Shown here piece by piece: positions 23,094 through 33,572 of a stretch of DNA of 34,241 bases; position 1 is the first letter of the stretch, and every line of letters begins with the position of its first letter. The notes under the pieces were generated by a model, which had not been told where the DNA came from, ran no database searches, and saw only the letters and a list, made by a program, of their open reading frames with translations. Source of the stretch: a virus. Taxonomy: Duplodnaviria > Caudoviricetes. The DNA is taken from the IMG/VR virus record IMGVR_UViG_3300011335_000296, positions 1-34,241 of that record. One strand, written 5' to 3'. The translations under genes and the position numbers were made by a program.

Positions 23094-23396
23094 ATGGCGG
23101 AACGCGATGAAAATGGAAGGCTAAAGAAAGGTCACGGAGGTTTGAAACCTCAAGGTGCTAAATCTCAAAAGACACTTCAATGGGAAGCGTTAGGCGAATC
23201 CATCACAGGACAACAAGCGGAGAAATTCAATGCTTTCCTTGACAAGTTGTGGAGTTCACGCGATGACCAAGACAAGATGATTGCAAGTGAGTTGTATTTA
23301 AAGACACTTGAATACTTCAAACCTAAACAGGCAAGACAAACGATAGTTGGTGAAGGTGATGCTCCAGTACAAATTGTAATATCGGACAAATTATAA
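23094..23396 (+). CDS. Terminase small subunit-like protein
   Basis: RDENGRLKKGHGG.KPQGAK N-terminus, LEYFKPK helix end and GEGDAPVQIVI C-terminal strand. Confidence 0.6.
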   Translation: MAERDENGRLKKGHGGLKPQGAKSQKTLQWEALGESITGQQAEKFNAFLDKLWSSRDDQDKMIASELYLKTLEYFKPKQARQTIVGEGDAPVQIVISDKL

Positions 23397-23400
23397 GTAT

Positions 23401-23574
23401 ATGACAGAAGCACGTAATGAAAATATGCACCACACGTATAGATTGTGTGTGATGTTCGGGATGTGGTTACAACAACCAACCCAAAGAAAGAGGTTGAAAA
23501 ATACCGAAATGACTACGCTCTTTCAAGAATGGATTGATCTATTAAGTCAACAACTTGACAATGGCGAAGATTAA
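23401..23574 (+). CDS. Hypothetical protein (57 aa, MTEARNENMHH...)
   Basis: Translated by hand. Fills the gap and overlaps the next start. Confidence 0.55.
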   Translation: MTEARNENMHHTYRLCVMFGMWLQQPTQRKRLKNTEMTTLFQEWIDLLSQQLDNGED

Positions 23575-24300
23575 ACTTGAAAAGGACTATTCCAAAGTAA
23601 CGGTCAAGCAGTACGTTGACTTTGTCACCAATGAAGGAAACGACATTGGGCAAGTATCTGCTATCTTAAGAATCAATAAAGACGATGCGCGTAATTTGTC
23701 ACCCGAAACCATTGGAGAGGTTATAGCCTTTTTCAAAGAAACCATAGATGAACCGAAAGCCGAACACCAACACAAATGGAAGGGGTACGGATTTGTTCCA
23801 GATGTCAACAAGATTTCATTTGGTGAGTGGTTAGACCTTGAGAGTAATTGTAAGGACTTCCCAAAGAATCTAAATAAGATACTATCTATTCTTTACCGAC
23901 CTATATCAAGTGAGATTGGCACGAAGTACAAAATTGAGCCATACACCGCTGAACATTTAACCAACTGCGATGACTTCAACGATATGCCGTTATCAATAGC
24001 AAATGGTGCGCTTGTTTTTTTTTCGAATATCGAAAACGAATTACTGAATCGTTCCCTAGAGTTTTTAGATACAACGATGACATCGGAGATGATGAAGGCG
24101 ATAACGATGATGGAGCAGGCGCTCAAGCAACAAGCGACTTGAGTGAGCGGTACGGATGGTTTCACGTTATCGAGGAGTTAGCGGATAGGGATATAACCAA
24201 GTTCGACCAAGTAACCGAAACACAGGCAAGTACAATCTTTGCTCATTTGAGTTATCGAATAGATTACTTTTCTTTTCAAAAACAACTCCTAAAAAAGTAG
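23561..24300 (+). CDS. Tail assembly chaperone with -1 frameshift (short form ends 24142, long form 24300)
   Basis: GTT TTT TTT TCG slippery run at 24014-24023. The -1 frame is open for 92 aa with no ATG start of its own and contains YGWFHVIEELADRDITKFDQVT. Confidence 0.7.
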
Positions 24301-24321
24301 TTAAATGCGTCTTTGATATAT

Positions 24322-24795
24322 ATGGCAACAGCATCTTCCCTTTATACATACAATGTCGTGGTTAGCAAGTTTCAGCAATTCGCTGAACAACACGCTTTAA
24401 TAAGACGATTCACCCACGGACAAATCGCACAAGCGGATTTGGAAAAGGAAACGGAGTATCCGTGGATGCACGTTACACCAACTGGAGTGAGTTTCGATAA
24501 AGGACAACTTTCGTACACATTCGATGTGTTCTTTGCTGACCTTCCACGTGACAAGGACGAAAAGACCGAATACCAAAAACAAGCAATTAGCGATTGCATC
24601 TTGTTGGCTTCCGACTTTGTTAATATGTTAGAGTTAGGGGATTTCTTTGATGAATCAGTAGTATTAACTACACCAATTAGCGGTTCGCCATTTGTAGAAG
24701 AATTTAGCCACGTGTTAACTGGAGTTCAATTATCTATTGAGTTGACGGTGGATTATACTTGGAATGCGTGTGAAATTCCTTATATCGGCGATTAA
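24322..24795 (+). CDS. Tail terminator/completion protein (putative)
   Basis: EYPWMHV...YTFDVFFAD...PFVEEFSHVLTGV pattern in the tail module. Confidence 0.6.
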   Translation: MATASSLYTYNVVVSKFQQFAEQHALIRRFTHGQIAQADLEKETEYPWMHVTPTGVSFDKGQLSYTFDVFFADLPRDKDEKTEYQKQAISDCILLASDFVNMLELGDFFDESVVLTTPISGSPFVEEFSHVLTGVQLSIELTVDYTWNACEIPYIGD

Positions 24796-26243
24796 TGGCA
24801 AAGAAGGTACAATATACAACTAACGAACCAAGTAGCACAACCGACTATTTAGCGGCGGATAATACTTGGAAACCCTATTCAGGTGGTTCGGGTGGTAGTG
24901 GTATTCCTCACGGATCAACAAGCGGAACAGATACATACACAACTACTATAAGCGGTGTAACTTCATTGAGTGATGGGGATGCGTTTTTAGTTCGATTTAC
25001 AATCGGTAATACAACAAGTGCTACATTGAATATCAATTCACTTGGTGCGATTCCATTATATCGCAATAACGATGGCGCGTTAATAGGTGGTGACATTATA
25101 GACGGTGCAGAAATGCTTTGCGTTTATAACTCAACTACTAATCGATTCCAAGTTATAGGCACTGCACCAAATACATTGTTGGCTTATGTTACAAATGCTG
25201 AATCCACAACTATAACCAAAGGACAACCAGTATATGCCTTTGGTGGGCAAGGTGACCGATTAAAAGTTAAGTTGGCTTATAATACATTAGATTCTACATC
25301 GGCTCAAACAGTTGGTCTTGTATTGTCAACTTCAATTACCGCAAATGGTAAAGGGTTAATAATAGTGAATGGTCAGTTAGATGGATTAAGTTTATTCCCT
25401 ACTTCAACTTGGGCGGATGGTGACGCGGTGTATTTAGGCGCAACTGCAGGAACGGTAACCAAAACCAAACCACAAGCACCAAATCACCTTGTATATCTTG
25501 GATTTGTTACAACGGCTAACAATGGAAGCGCGGGGAGAATGTATGTAAGGGTGCAGAATGGATACGAATTAGACGAGATTCACGATGTTAAAATTACATC
25601 CGTTGCTAATAACGATGTATTAAAGTACAATTCAAGTAACGGACTTTGGGAAAATAGCAACGTACTATCCACTAAACAAGACACAATTACAGGTGCTGCT
25701 ACAACTATTACAAGTTCCAACCTTACTAATTATCGCGCGTTGGTTTCCGATGGTGGCGGTAAGGTAGCGGTTGCGGCTACAACATCAGCAGAAATAGGCT
25801 ATTTGAGTGGGGTTACTTCTAACATTCAAACCCAATTAGATGGCAAGACAAGTGTAGCGCGTTCATTTATGGCGGTTAACCAAAATGCAACTATTATAGG
25901 TAGCGGCACTACTTACGGATCATTTATATTAAGTGGATTCAACGTAGCAGAATCGTCACGTATTTTCGTTGTCCCTTATGCCTGCACGATGCGTAACTTT
26001 TACGTGCGAATCTTTGCGGCTCAACCTGGAACTGGTAGTTTAGTTTTTACGTTAAGAAAGAATTTAGCAGATACATCTGTAGTTGTAACCATTGCCGCAG
26101 GTAGTGCTGCAGGAACGGAAGCCAATAGCGGAGTAACAACTGCGACTTTTGCAGCGGGTGATGATTGCTCAATTAAGGTTGTAAATAATGCAATTGGAAC
26201 AAGTGGAACTGTTAACAATACATCAATAATGGTTGAGATATGA
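24795..26243 (+). CDS. Mosaic tail fibre/decoration protein
   Basis: Thr/Gly/Ser-rich. Modules NTTSATLNINSLGA, ITKGQPVY, ELDEIHDVKI...LKYNS..LWEN and YLSGVTSNIQTQLDGK. Confidence 0.7.
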   Translation: MAKKVQYTTNEPSSTTDYLAADNTWKPYSGGSGGSGIPHGSTSGTDTYTTTISGVTSLSDGDAFLVRFTIGNTTSATLNINSLGAIPLYRNNDGALIGGDIIDGAEMLCVYNSTTNRFQVIGTAPNTLLAYVTNAESTTITKGQPVYAFGGQGDRLKVKLAYNTLDSTSAQTVGLVLSTSITANGKGLIIVNGQLDGLSLFPTSTWADGDAVYLGATAGTVTKTKPQAPNHLVYLGFVTTANNGSAGRMYVRVQNGYELDEIHDVKITSVANNDVLKYNSSNGLWENSNVLSTKQDTITGAATTITSSNLTNYRALVSDGGGKVAVAATTSAEIGYLSGVTSNIQTQLDGKTSVARSFMAVNQNATIIGSGTTYGSFILSGFNVAESSRIFVVPYACTMRNFYVRIFAAQPGTGSLVFTLRKNLADTSVVVTIAAGSAAGTEANSGVTTATFAAGDDCSIKVVNNAIGTSGTVNNTSIMVEI

Positions 26244-26434
26244 GGTATACTATAACACAAAAAGAAGACGTGACAATTATTCACGTATTGGGTCACAATA
26301 TCTTTTTCGGGTACGATAATTCAACCGATTACGATGGATTCCGTGTTGCATTAGATACCAAAGGAATTGATGCCTTTGTTGACCTATTGATTCAAGATAG
26401 TAACACCGCTTTTAACACTTTCGTGAATGGCTAG
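26240..26434 (+). CDS. Small protein after fibre gene (possible chaperone)
   Basis: 64 aa, ATGA-coupled to the fibre gene. Confidence 0.6.
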   Translation: MRYTITQKEDVTIIHVLGHNIFFGYDNSTDYDGFRVALDTKGIDAFVDLLIQDSNTAFNTFVNG

Positions 26435-27032
26435 TAGTCCAATCAATGATTTAATGAATCAGTTTGGTGCTGATGTTGTTGAGAAAGCAATGCAGAATCT
26501 TGGCATTTATAGAACGGTCAAGGGTAAGAAACGTAGAGCGGTTGCAACGGATAACTTACGCAAGTCACTTGCATTTTATTACAACGCTAAAAAAGGTCAG
26601 TTAGAGTTCTTTGCCAAAGGTGCATCTGCTAAATATGCTGACTTTGTAGAACAAGGTGTCAATGGAATAGAAAGTGGTGTTGGTTCACCTTATTCATTTC
26701 GTAGTGGTGGCGGTGGTGGTAAAAAGGTCGATGGAATGGGTGTAATGCAAAAAGCCATCTATGACTGGATGTCCATAAAAGGAATTAAGCCACGTAATAA
26801 GAATGGATCATTCGCATCATTTAAAACCGATAAAGCAAAGGAGAACGCTAAAAAGGGAATGGCATTTACTATTATGCGTTCAATTCGTAGACGTGGAATA
26901 CAACCTTTGTTCTATTGGAAAGATGCGGTAAATGAGATATTGGACGAATACGAGCCAAAGTTTGCAGAGGCTTTGAGTAAAGAAATTAAAATTGTAATTG
27001 AGGATAACTTACAAAAAAGAATTAAAGTATGA
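26427..27032 (+). CDS. Tail completion/neck protein (HK97 gp10-like)
   Basis: Basic; ATDNLRKSL, YADFVEQGV, IYDWMSIKGI and RSIRRRGIQP motifs. Confidence 0.6.
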   Translation: MASSPINDLMNQFGADVVEKAMQNLGIYRTVKGKKRRAVATDNLRKSLAFYYNAKKGQLEFFAKGASAKYADFVEQGVNGIESGVGSPYSFRSGGGGGKKVDGMGVMQKAIYDWMSIKGIKPRNKNGSFASFKTDKAKENAKKGMAFTIMRSIRRRGIQPLFYWKDAVNEILDEYEPKFAEALSKEIKIVIEDNLQKRIKV

Positions 27033-28867
27033 TAACGACAAAGATAACAGGACTTTCGGCGCAAGGTAACACCGAGCTAACAGGTCTTGCGTTTAGTAAT
27101 AACGATGTAGCGGTTACAATGTATAGCGACAATGTAACTGAACCTGGATTTAAATATGTGTTTAATATTTCCGATTTAAATACAGGCAATGAGTACAAGT
27201 TCTACATTGCACCAAACGCGCAACTTAATGGGGTGTTCAATATGAAAACTTTATTTAATCAGTTGACACTTACACCAATGGTATATAATACAACGGATGT
27301 ATTGATGCATATTAGCGCACCTCTTAACTCAACTGAATTAAATGTTAATACGTTTAATATTCGATGTTTTGAAGGTTGGGAAGTTGGCGGTGTATTTACA
27401 GAGGATGAAACGGATATTGTAGCATATAGCATAATGAGTGTTTACGGAAGCGGTAAGCAGAACTTTATTGTGATGGGTACTAATGACACAAAGCCTTTGG
27501 CATTGTCTCAAATGTATGATAACACTTTAGGGTTCAATGCAGAATCCGTAGCGACTGAATTAAACTTACCATTGACACTTCAAAATGAGGTTATAAATTG
27601 GCGTAAGATTTCACGTTCAAAGGTTACTAATGACGAAAGTTCCGCATATTCGATACTTTCGTTTATAGCGGATGATACTACATTCATCAATGAGAATTAT
27701 CCGATATTAACAATGAACGAATTTGCTTTTGAGTTGTACGATGATACAAGTACGGTCATTGATTCGTTTACTATTCCATTTACTTTAATGGGTGGTTCGT
27801 TGTATCATTTACCAACTGGATTAAAGAACCTTGTTAATGGTGGTTATATAGATCAATCGACTGCGGATAGTACAAAGTTCTACACCGTTGTTGGTCAAAA
27901 CCACGGTGATGATGTAACCGCTAAATATGGCTATTGGGTAGACGAGGATTGTAAATACAACCCAGTGCATTTGTATTGGTTAAATCAGTTAGGCGGTTGG
28001 GATAGTTTCTCATTCATCAAAAAGAATGAACGTAGTATTGATGTAGAACGCAAACGATACAAGACATATTTAGGTGACTACAATAATGCGACAACTGACA
28101 ATCCATTTAGCACTGAAGCGTTTTCACGTTCACTTACCGAGCGCGAACCGATTGTAAAGACGTTCTTGAACCTTACAAGTGATTGGTTGACCGAGAGTGA
28201 GTTCCGTTATTTAAAGGACTTGTTTAGGTCTAAATCGGTATGGATGGTAGACGATAACACCGATGGATATTCTGTTGTTCCTGTTGTAGTTGAGGACAAC
28301 AACTATTTGATGCGTAGAGAAAGAAACTCGCATAAGTACAATCAAAACATTAGATTGCAAATTGCCAACGAAAATGAAACGTTGAATATTGAGAATACAC
28401 CATTCCCAATTCCTGCGCCTGTGGCTTGTAATTATTACAACGTATTTAGTAGGTTTGCAGGTAGTTCAACTGTTACTTTAGGTTCTAATTTAGGAAACGC
28501 AGCAAATATTGTTTTAACAAATGCTACAAGTGGTCGTTATATAAGTGTAAGTTTAACTGATGCATTAGGCGCTACACCAATTGCAGGTGAAATTTACTAC
28601 GTACGCATAGATTACAACTTTAATTGCCCTTCACCTTTTGTAAGTACAGGGCGCATTGCTTTAGGTGACCAACTTACAGGCGGTGGTTCAACAACAAGTT
28701 TAGCAGGTTTACAAAATAATGGCACTCCTATAATCGCGACAGGTGTATGGGGTACGCATACAACAACAGGAACTAATTACTTTAGGTTAACCCTTCCAAC
28801 GTGGTCGGGTGGTGCTACAGTAACTGGTAATATTTACGTAACAGTTGGATTTGGTAATTGTCCTTAA
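27029..28867 (+). CDS. Tail structural protein (distal tail-like) with C-terminal extra beta domain
   Basis: GFKYVFNI, LYWLNQLGGWDSFSF, TSDWLTE and LFRSKSVW motifs, followed by a Thr/Gly-rich extension. Confidence 0.6.
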   Translation: MITTKITGLSAQGNTELTGLAFSNNDVAVTMYSDNVTEPGFKYVFNISDLNTGNEYKFYIAPNAQLNGVFNMKTLFNQLTLTPMVYNTTDVLMHISAPLNSTELNVNTFNIRCFEGWEVGGVFTEDETDIVAYSIMSVYGSGKQNFIVMGTNDTKPLALSQMYDNTLGFNAESVATELNLPLTLQNEVINWRKISRSKVTNDESSAYSILSFIADDTTFINENYPILTMNEFAFELYDDTSTVIDSFTIPFTLMGGSLYHLPTGLKNLVNGGYIDQSTADSTKFYTVVGQNHGDDVTAKYGYWVDEDCKYNPVHLYWLNQLGGWDSFSFIKKNERSIDVERKRYKTYLGDYNNATTDNPFSTEAFSRSLTEREPIVKTFLNLTSDWLTESEFRYLKDLFRSKSVWMVDDNTDGYSVVPVVVEDNNYLMRRERNSHKYNQNIRLQIANENETLNIENTPFPIPAPVACNYYNVFSRFAGSSTVTLGSNLGNAANIVLTNATSGRYISVSLTDALGATPIAGEIYYVRIDYNFNCPSPFVSTGRIALGDQLTGGGSTTSLAGLQNNGTPIIATGVWGTHTTTGTNYFRLTLPTWSGGATVTGNIYVTVGFGNCP

Positions 28868-28876
28868 TAACAAAGA

Positions 28877-31837
28877 ATGGAAACTGCTTTAATAATTTAT
28901 AGTCAAGGCGACAACGTACCTACGTTGGTTGACCTTTATGAGAATGAGAGTATCTCTCTTCAATACAACTTTACGGACATCAAGGACTTGCGCCCTCGAG
29001 GTAGTTATTCGCGTACATTTCGCATCCCTGCAACACCTACCAACGCGAAGATATTTGGATTCATTCAAGAAAACACCTACCAATTTGCCAACTTCAACCC
29101 AAAGAGAAAACTCAACGCGATTATAACCGTTGACACTATCCCAACTTTGGAAGGTTCGGTGCAGTTTAAAGCGGTGTATACCCAAGATGGACAAAACCAC
29201 GAATATGAGATTGTCTTTTTTGGCAACGTAATCGACTTCTTTAAGAACATTGGGGATGCTGATTTCAAGAACTACATTGGCGCACAACTTCAAACCGATT
29301 ATCCAGTAGTTATCGAATACGATAGTATAGCAACTATAAACGCTGAAACTGATATCTATTTAGGATTAACGGATCGTGGGCAAAATTGGGTTAACAATAT
29401 TGCAGGTGGTAGGTCTATAAATACGCTGAATGTTAACCGCGTTTGTAAGGCTGGTGAAATGACACCATTCGTATCGGCTCGATACATCTTCAATAAGATA
29501 ATGTCTTTGAGTGGGTTTACTTTGGGTGCTGATTCGGGAACGCTAACAAGTGAGTTGGATTTTATGTATATCCCTTGGGTTAGCGAAAGTCAAACGATAC
29601 AACAAGCAGGAGGTAACCCCGAAACTGCTAAATTTTTACTTGAAGGTTATTCACCAGATGATACTTTTGTAGTTGGTGACTTTGGACTTGAAACTATAAA
29701 TAACTATACTGCTTCATTGTACTATATACCAACATTAAATGAAGTACAAGACCCTGGAAGTAACGTAGTTGGCAACGTATATACTGCACCATTCAGCGGT
29801 TCTTATTCTTTTGGATTTGATGTTGTAATGCAAGTCAATCAAAACTTCAATGGTTATTTAACATTACGACTTTTAAAAACTGATTTACTTGGCAATAAAT
29901 CTTTTGTCGAATATGGTGGTGTTGGGTTTTCCGATTATGATAATCAAGGTAATGATGTATATCAAACCAATGTGGATGTTAATGGCTCGATTAGTAACAC
30001 TACAATATTTTTACAAGCAGGTGAAACAATACAACCAGTAATACAACAACAAGAATATATCAATTCATATTGGTATAACTTTACAGGTACATTTACAATT
30101 AAAAGTGTTTCATTGTATTCTACAACAATTTCAAAACCATTATTTGGAAACGAAATTGATTGGGTAGGTAACGCGCCTGTAATGAAATGTAGTGAGTTCA
30201 TCGATTCACTTTTCAAGATGTACAACTTGGTGGTAGTTCCAAATAAGTTCAACCAAAAGTTAATCGACTTTATCCCATTTCAAGAATACATCTCGCAAGG
30301 TGTAGCAAAGGATTGGACACCATTGTTGGACATTAGCAAGGACATCACGTTAATGTCTACAAACGATTATCAAGCACGTAAAAACACGTGGACTTATAAG
30401 GCAAGTAATGACCTATTCAACAACATCTACAATACGCAAGGAGACCGCGTTTATGGTAGGCTTGAATTGATTGACCCAGAGAACGACTTTGCAACGGATG
30501 AAAATAAAGTAGAGTTGTATTTTGGACCAACACCGATTGTTCCCATCAATGGAACTTCTTACGCTATTCCAAAATTTGTAAGTGATGATTATGCGTATAG
30601 CGCACCTAACCCACGAATACTTTACAAGGTTGGTGACACTATTAAATTCAATGTCTATAACGATACAACTGGAGGTATAAATCAAGTTGAGGCTTTTCAA
30701 TTTAGCCACTATTCGGACTTCGTTCCCGACATTCAAAGTCGTGACTTGAACTTTGGACAAGAAACACCTTTGTGTTCAGTTAGTTCGATTCCATATAAAA
30801 CACTTTACGCGAGGTATTGGAACGAATACATCCAAAACATTTACGCACCAGACGCGCGTATATTAGAGGCTTTCTTTTCGCTTGAATTTGCAGACATTTA
30901 CAACTTTAATTTTAACGATAAGATATTTATTAAAGATTCTTATTGGAGAATATTGTCAATTAGTGATTACGTTGTAGGCACACAAGACACGGTTAAGGTT
31001 ACATTGATTAAGCAAGTAACCGCAGAACCAGATTGCCTATTAACTCCCAACTCAATAACCGCTTTGGGTGCGGTTGCTTTCGTGGATGCCAATGGTGATC
31101 CGGCTGATGCCACCGAAATTTGTTGTAATATATACAACTATAGTTGGCGTGATGGTGGATGTTATGCGTTCTCTCCTAATAGTGATGGACACGGAAAACC
31201 AAAGAGCGCAATACTTACAACGGATAAAGTTTATAATATTGAACCAAATGAGAAATCTGCATTAGTCGTGTCACCTAATAACTTTGTTGGTTTTAACAAT
31301 GACAACTCAATAGTATTGGGTAGTGGTAATGTGTTGAATAGTGGATTGGATTCCGTTTTTGTTATGGGTTACAATTCATCGGTGATAAATGGTGGTGCTA
31401 CTATTGGAAGCGGTGGTGAATATCGCGGAGAAATGCAGAACGGCTTAATACCAATGTGGGGAAAGGGTGACTTTACCACAAGTGCAACTACCATTCGTTT
31501 GTTGGCTTATGGCACAACTTACATAAATATGCCCGATAACTCGGTTTGGCTTGGTAAATTGCGTTTAATGGTAGGTCAAGTAGGTGCGGTAATTGATGCA
31601 TCGGTTAGCGGTGAATACAATCTTCACATTGTTCAAAGCGGTGGTACTATAAGCCTAAAGAATGTAACTACCATAGATGAAACGGCTATTGACATAGATG
31701 GTAAATTCATCATTGACTTGGATATAGTAGGTAGTACCTTTGCAATTACGGTTGTATTGGACGATGCCACGGCTTATCCTTACAACACCATAAACATTTC
31801 AGCGCAGTTTAATTATACACAATATACTTATGCATAA
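28877..31837 (+). CDS. Tail tip/baseplate hub-like protein (variant B, full length)
   Basis: VDLYENESISL...GSYSRTFRIPAT..NAKIF N-terminus, LFKMYNLV, LYARYW and KIFIKDSYWRI motifs; internal C1q-like segment. Confidence 0.7.
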   Translation: METALIIYSQGDNVPTLVDLYENESISLQYNFTDIKDLRPRGSYSRTFRIPATPTNAKIFGFIQENTYQFANFNPKRKLNAIITVDTIPTLEGSVQFKAVYTQDGQNHEYEIVFFGNVIDFFKNIGDADFKNYIGAQLQTDYPVVIEYDSIATINAETDIYLGLTDRGQNWVNNIAGGRSINTLNVNRVCKAGEMTPFVSARYIFNKIMSLSGFTLGADSGTLTSELDFMYIPWVSESQTIQQAGGNPETAKFLLEGYSPDDTFVVGDFGLETINNYTASLYYIPTLNEVQDPGSNVVGNVYTAPFSGSYSFGFDVVMQVNQNFNGYLTLRLLKTDLLGNKSFVEYGGVGFSDYDNQGNDVYQTNVDVNGSISNTTIFLQAGETIQPVIQQQEYINSYWYNFTGTFTIKSVSLYSTTISKPLFGNEIDWVGNAPVMKCSEFIDSLFKMYNLVVVPNKFNQKLIDFIPFQEYISQGVAKDWTPLLDISKDITLMSTNDYQARKNTWTYKASNDLFNNIYNTQGDRVYGRLELIDPENDFATDENKVELYFGPTPIVPINGTSYAIPKFVSDDYAYSAPNPRILYKVGDTIKFNVYNDTTGGINQVEAFQFSHYSDFVPDIQSRDLNFGQETPLCSVSSIPYKTLYARYWNEYIQNIYAPDARILEAFFSLEFADIYNFNFNDKIFIKDSYWRILSISDYVVGTQDTVKVTLIKQVTAEPDCLLTPNSITALGAVAFVDANGDPADATEICCNIYNYSWRDGGCYAFSPNSDGHGKPKSAILTTDKVYNIEPNEKSALVVSPNNFVGFNNDNSIVLGSGNVLNSGLDSVFVMGYNSSVINGGATIGSGGEYRGEMQNGLIPMWGKGDFTTSATTIRLLAYGTTYINMPDNSVWLGKLRLMVGQVGAVIDASVSGEYNLHIVQSGGTISLKNVTTIDETAIDIDGKFIIDLDIVGSTFAITVVLDDATAYPYNTINISAQFNYTQYTYA

Positions 31838-32006
31838 TCCAAAGGATACCTTTAAAAATGTTAGACATTTATTACAACACGGACTTGGTAAGGACTTGCC
31901 AAGCAATGAAAATAAATTATCAAATGTCACAACAAAAGCCATAAATTTTCTACTTTTTGCGTCTTTAATTTTAGGCACGATTTACCTAATTAATTTGTTC
32001 ATCTAA
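31830..32006 (+). CDS. Small membrane protein (variant B)
   Basis: Homologue of 2545..2721, same length. Confidence 0.75.
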   Translation: MHNPKDTFKNVRHLLQHGLGKDLPSNENKLSNVTTKAINFLLFASLILGTIYLINLFI

Positions 32007-33568
32007 TGGCTACACAAAAGACAGTAATTGAAGTTGACATACAAGGCTCGGAAAGAGTCGAGTCGATGCGTACGCAAATGCGTAAACTTCGCGAAGAGTT
32101 AGCAAGGTTGCCAGAGGGAAGTGCGGAGTTTGCCAAAGTACAAAGACAACTTGGAGAGTTGAATGATAAAGTTGGCGACTTAAATAAGTCAGTCAACACA
32201 TTGTCGGGTGATCCATTAGAACGTTTGAACAACTCATTCGGAATGATTGGAAGTTCAATTCTTTCGCTTGACTTTGGGGCGGCTCAAACTGGATTGCAAG
32301 GGGTAACATCAGCAATTAATGACTTTAAATTTGGTGACCTTTCCAACGCGGCAAAAGGATTCGGTAAGACGATGCTCGATTTGGGTAAGGCTTTAATGAC
32401 TAATCCTATCTTTTTGATTGGTGGTATCATTGCTTTGATTGTTGCCAACTTTGAGGAACTTACAAAGGCTGGTGGATTGGTTGGTAAAATGTTTGGATTC
32501 ATTAAAACAACCATTGATAGTGTTATAGGTGGACTTGTTGACTTTATGGATTGGATTGGGTTAACGGATTCCAAAGCGGAAGAACGCGCGGAGAACGAAA
32601 AGAAACGCCAAGAACAAGCGAAGAAAGACCAAGAGGCAGCATTAAAAAAACAAAAGGAATTAGAAAAAGAAAAAGAAAAGTTAGCCGAACAAGCCGCAAA
32701 GAAAGAAGCCGAGCGCATCCAAAAAATAAAAGATGACCAAAAGGCATTAACGGAATTTCTTAAAGCCGAAAATGAGAAACGATACCAAGATACACTATCT
32801 GCAAAAGACAAAGAACTTCGCCAATTAAAATTAGAATATGAGCAAAAGAAAAAACTTGCTCACGGAGATAAAGATTTATTAAATCAATTAGAAAATTCAT
32901 ATTATGCTGATAGTATAAATATTGAAAGAAAATATTTTACCGCATCAAAAGATATTAAAACTGAATCTGCTAATGAAGGAATCAAATTAAAAGCAGAAGG
33001 TTTACGTGCTACATTACATTTTGCAAGTGAAGAAGAACTTGCAGAAGAAGAAGCCGCACAAGTAAGAGAAGAAAACTTAAGGAATTTATACGCCAATCGT
33101 TATAAGTTAGCAGAAGCCTCTTTGGGTTCATTGATGTCATTAAACGATGCGTTAACTGCGAGTGGTGTATTAAATGCCAAACAATCTTTTAAAGTCAATA
33201 AAGCGTTGCAAATAACACAAGCCAGTATAGGTGCAGTCCAAGCGGTGCAAGTTGCTTTGGCTGACCCTACTTTAGTTGGGCCATCGCGTTACATCGCTGC
33301 GGCTGCTGCTGGTATTGCTGGTGCTGCTAACGTGGCAAAGATTATGGCAATGAAATTTGATGGGGGTTCTTCAAGTGGTTCACAACCAAATCCATCATTA
33401 GGAGGTGGAGGTGGTACAACTACCTCTGCACCTTCGGTAGATTTATCTTTTCTTAATCAAATGCAGAACAAATCACAACCCATTCAGACATACGTACTTG
33501 CAACTAATGTAAGTTCAGCGCAAGAGGCAGAGCAAAAAATAAAAGACCAATCACGAATAATTAAATAA
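32006..33568 (+). CDS. Tape measure-like protein (variant B)
   Basis: 520-aa homologue of 2721..4289. Confidence 0.75.
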   Translation: MATQKTVIEVDIQGSERVESMRTQMRKLREELARLPEGSAEFAKVQRQLGELNDKVGDLNKSVNTLSGDPLERLNNSFGMIGSSILSLDFGAAQTGLQGVTSAINDFKFGDLSNAAKGFGKTMLDLGKALMTNPIFLIGGIIALIVANFEELTKAGGLVGKMFGFIKTTIDSVIGGLVDFMDWIGLTDSKAEERAENEKKRQEQAKKDQEAALKKQKELEKEKEKLAEQAAKKEAERIQKIKDDQKALTEFLKAENEKRYQDTLSAKDKELRQLKLEYEQKKKLAHGDKDLLNQLENSYYADSINIERKYFTASKDIKTESANEGIKLKAEGLRATLHFASEEELAEEEAAQVREENLRNLYANRYKLAEASLGSLMSLNDALTASGVLNAKQSFKVNKALQITQASIGAVQAVQVALADPTLVGPSRYIAAAAAGIAGAANVAKIMAMKFDGGSSSGSQPNPSLGGGGGTTTSAPSVDLSFLNQMQNKSQPIQTYVLATNVSSAQEAEQKIKDQSRIIK

Positions 33569-33572
33569 AAAA

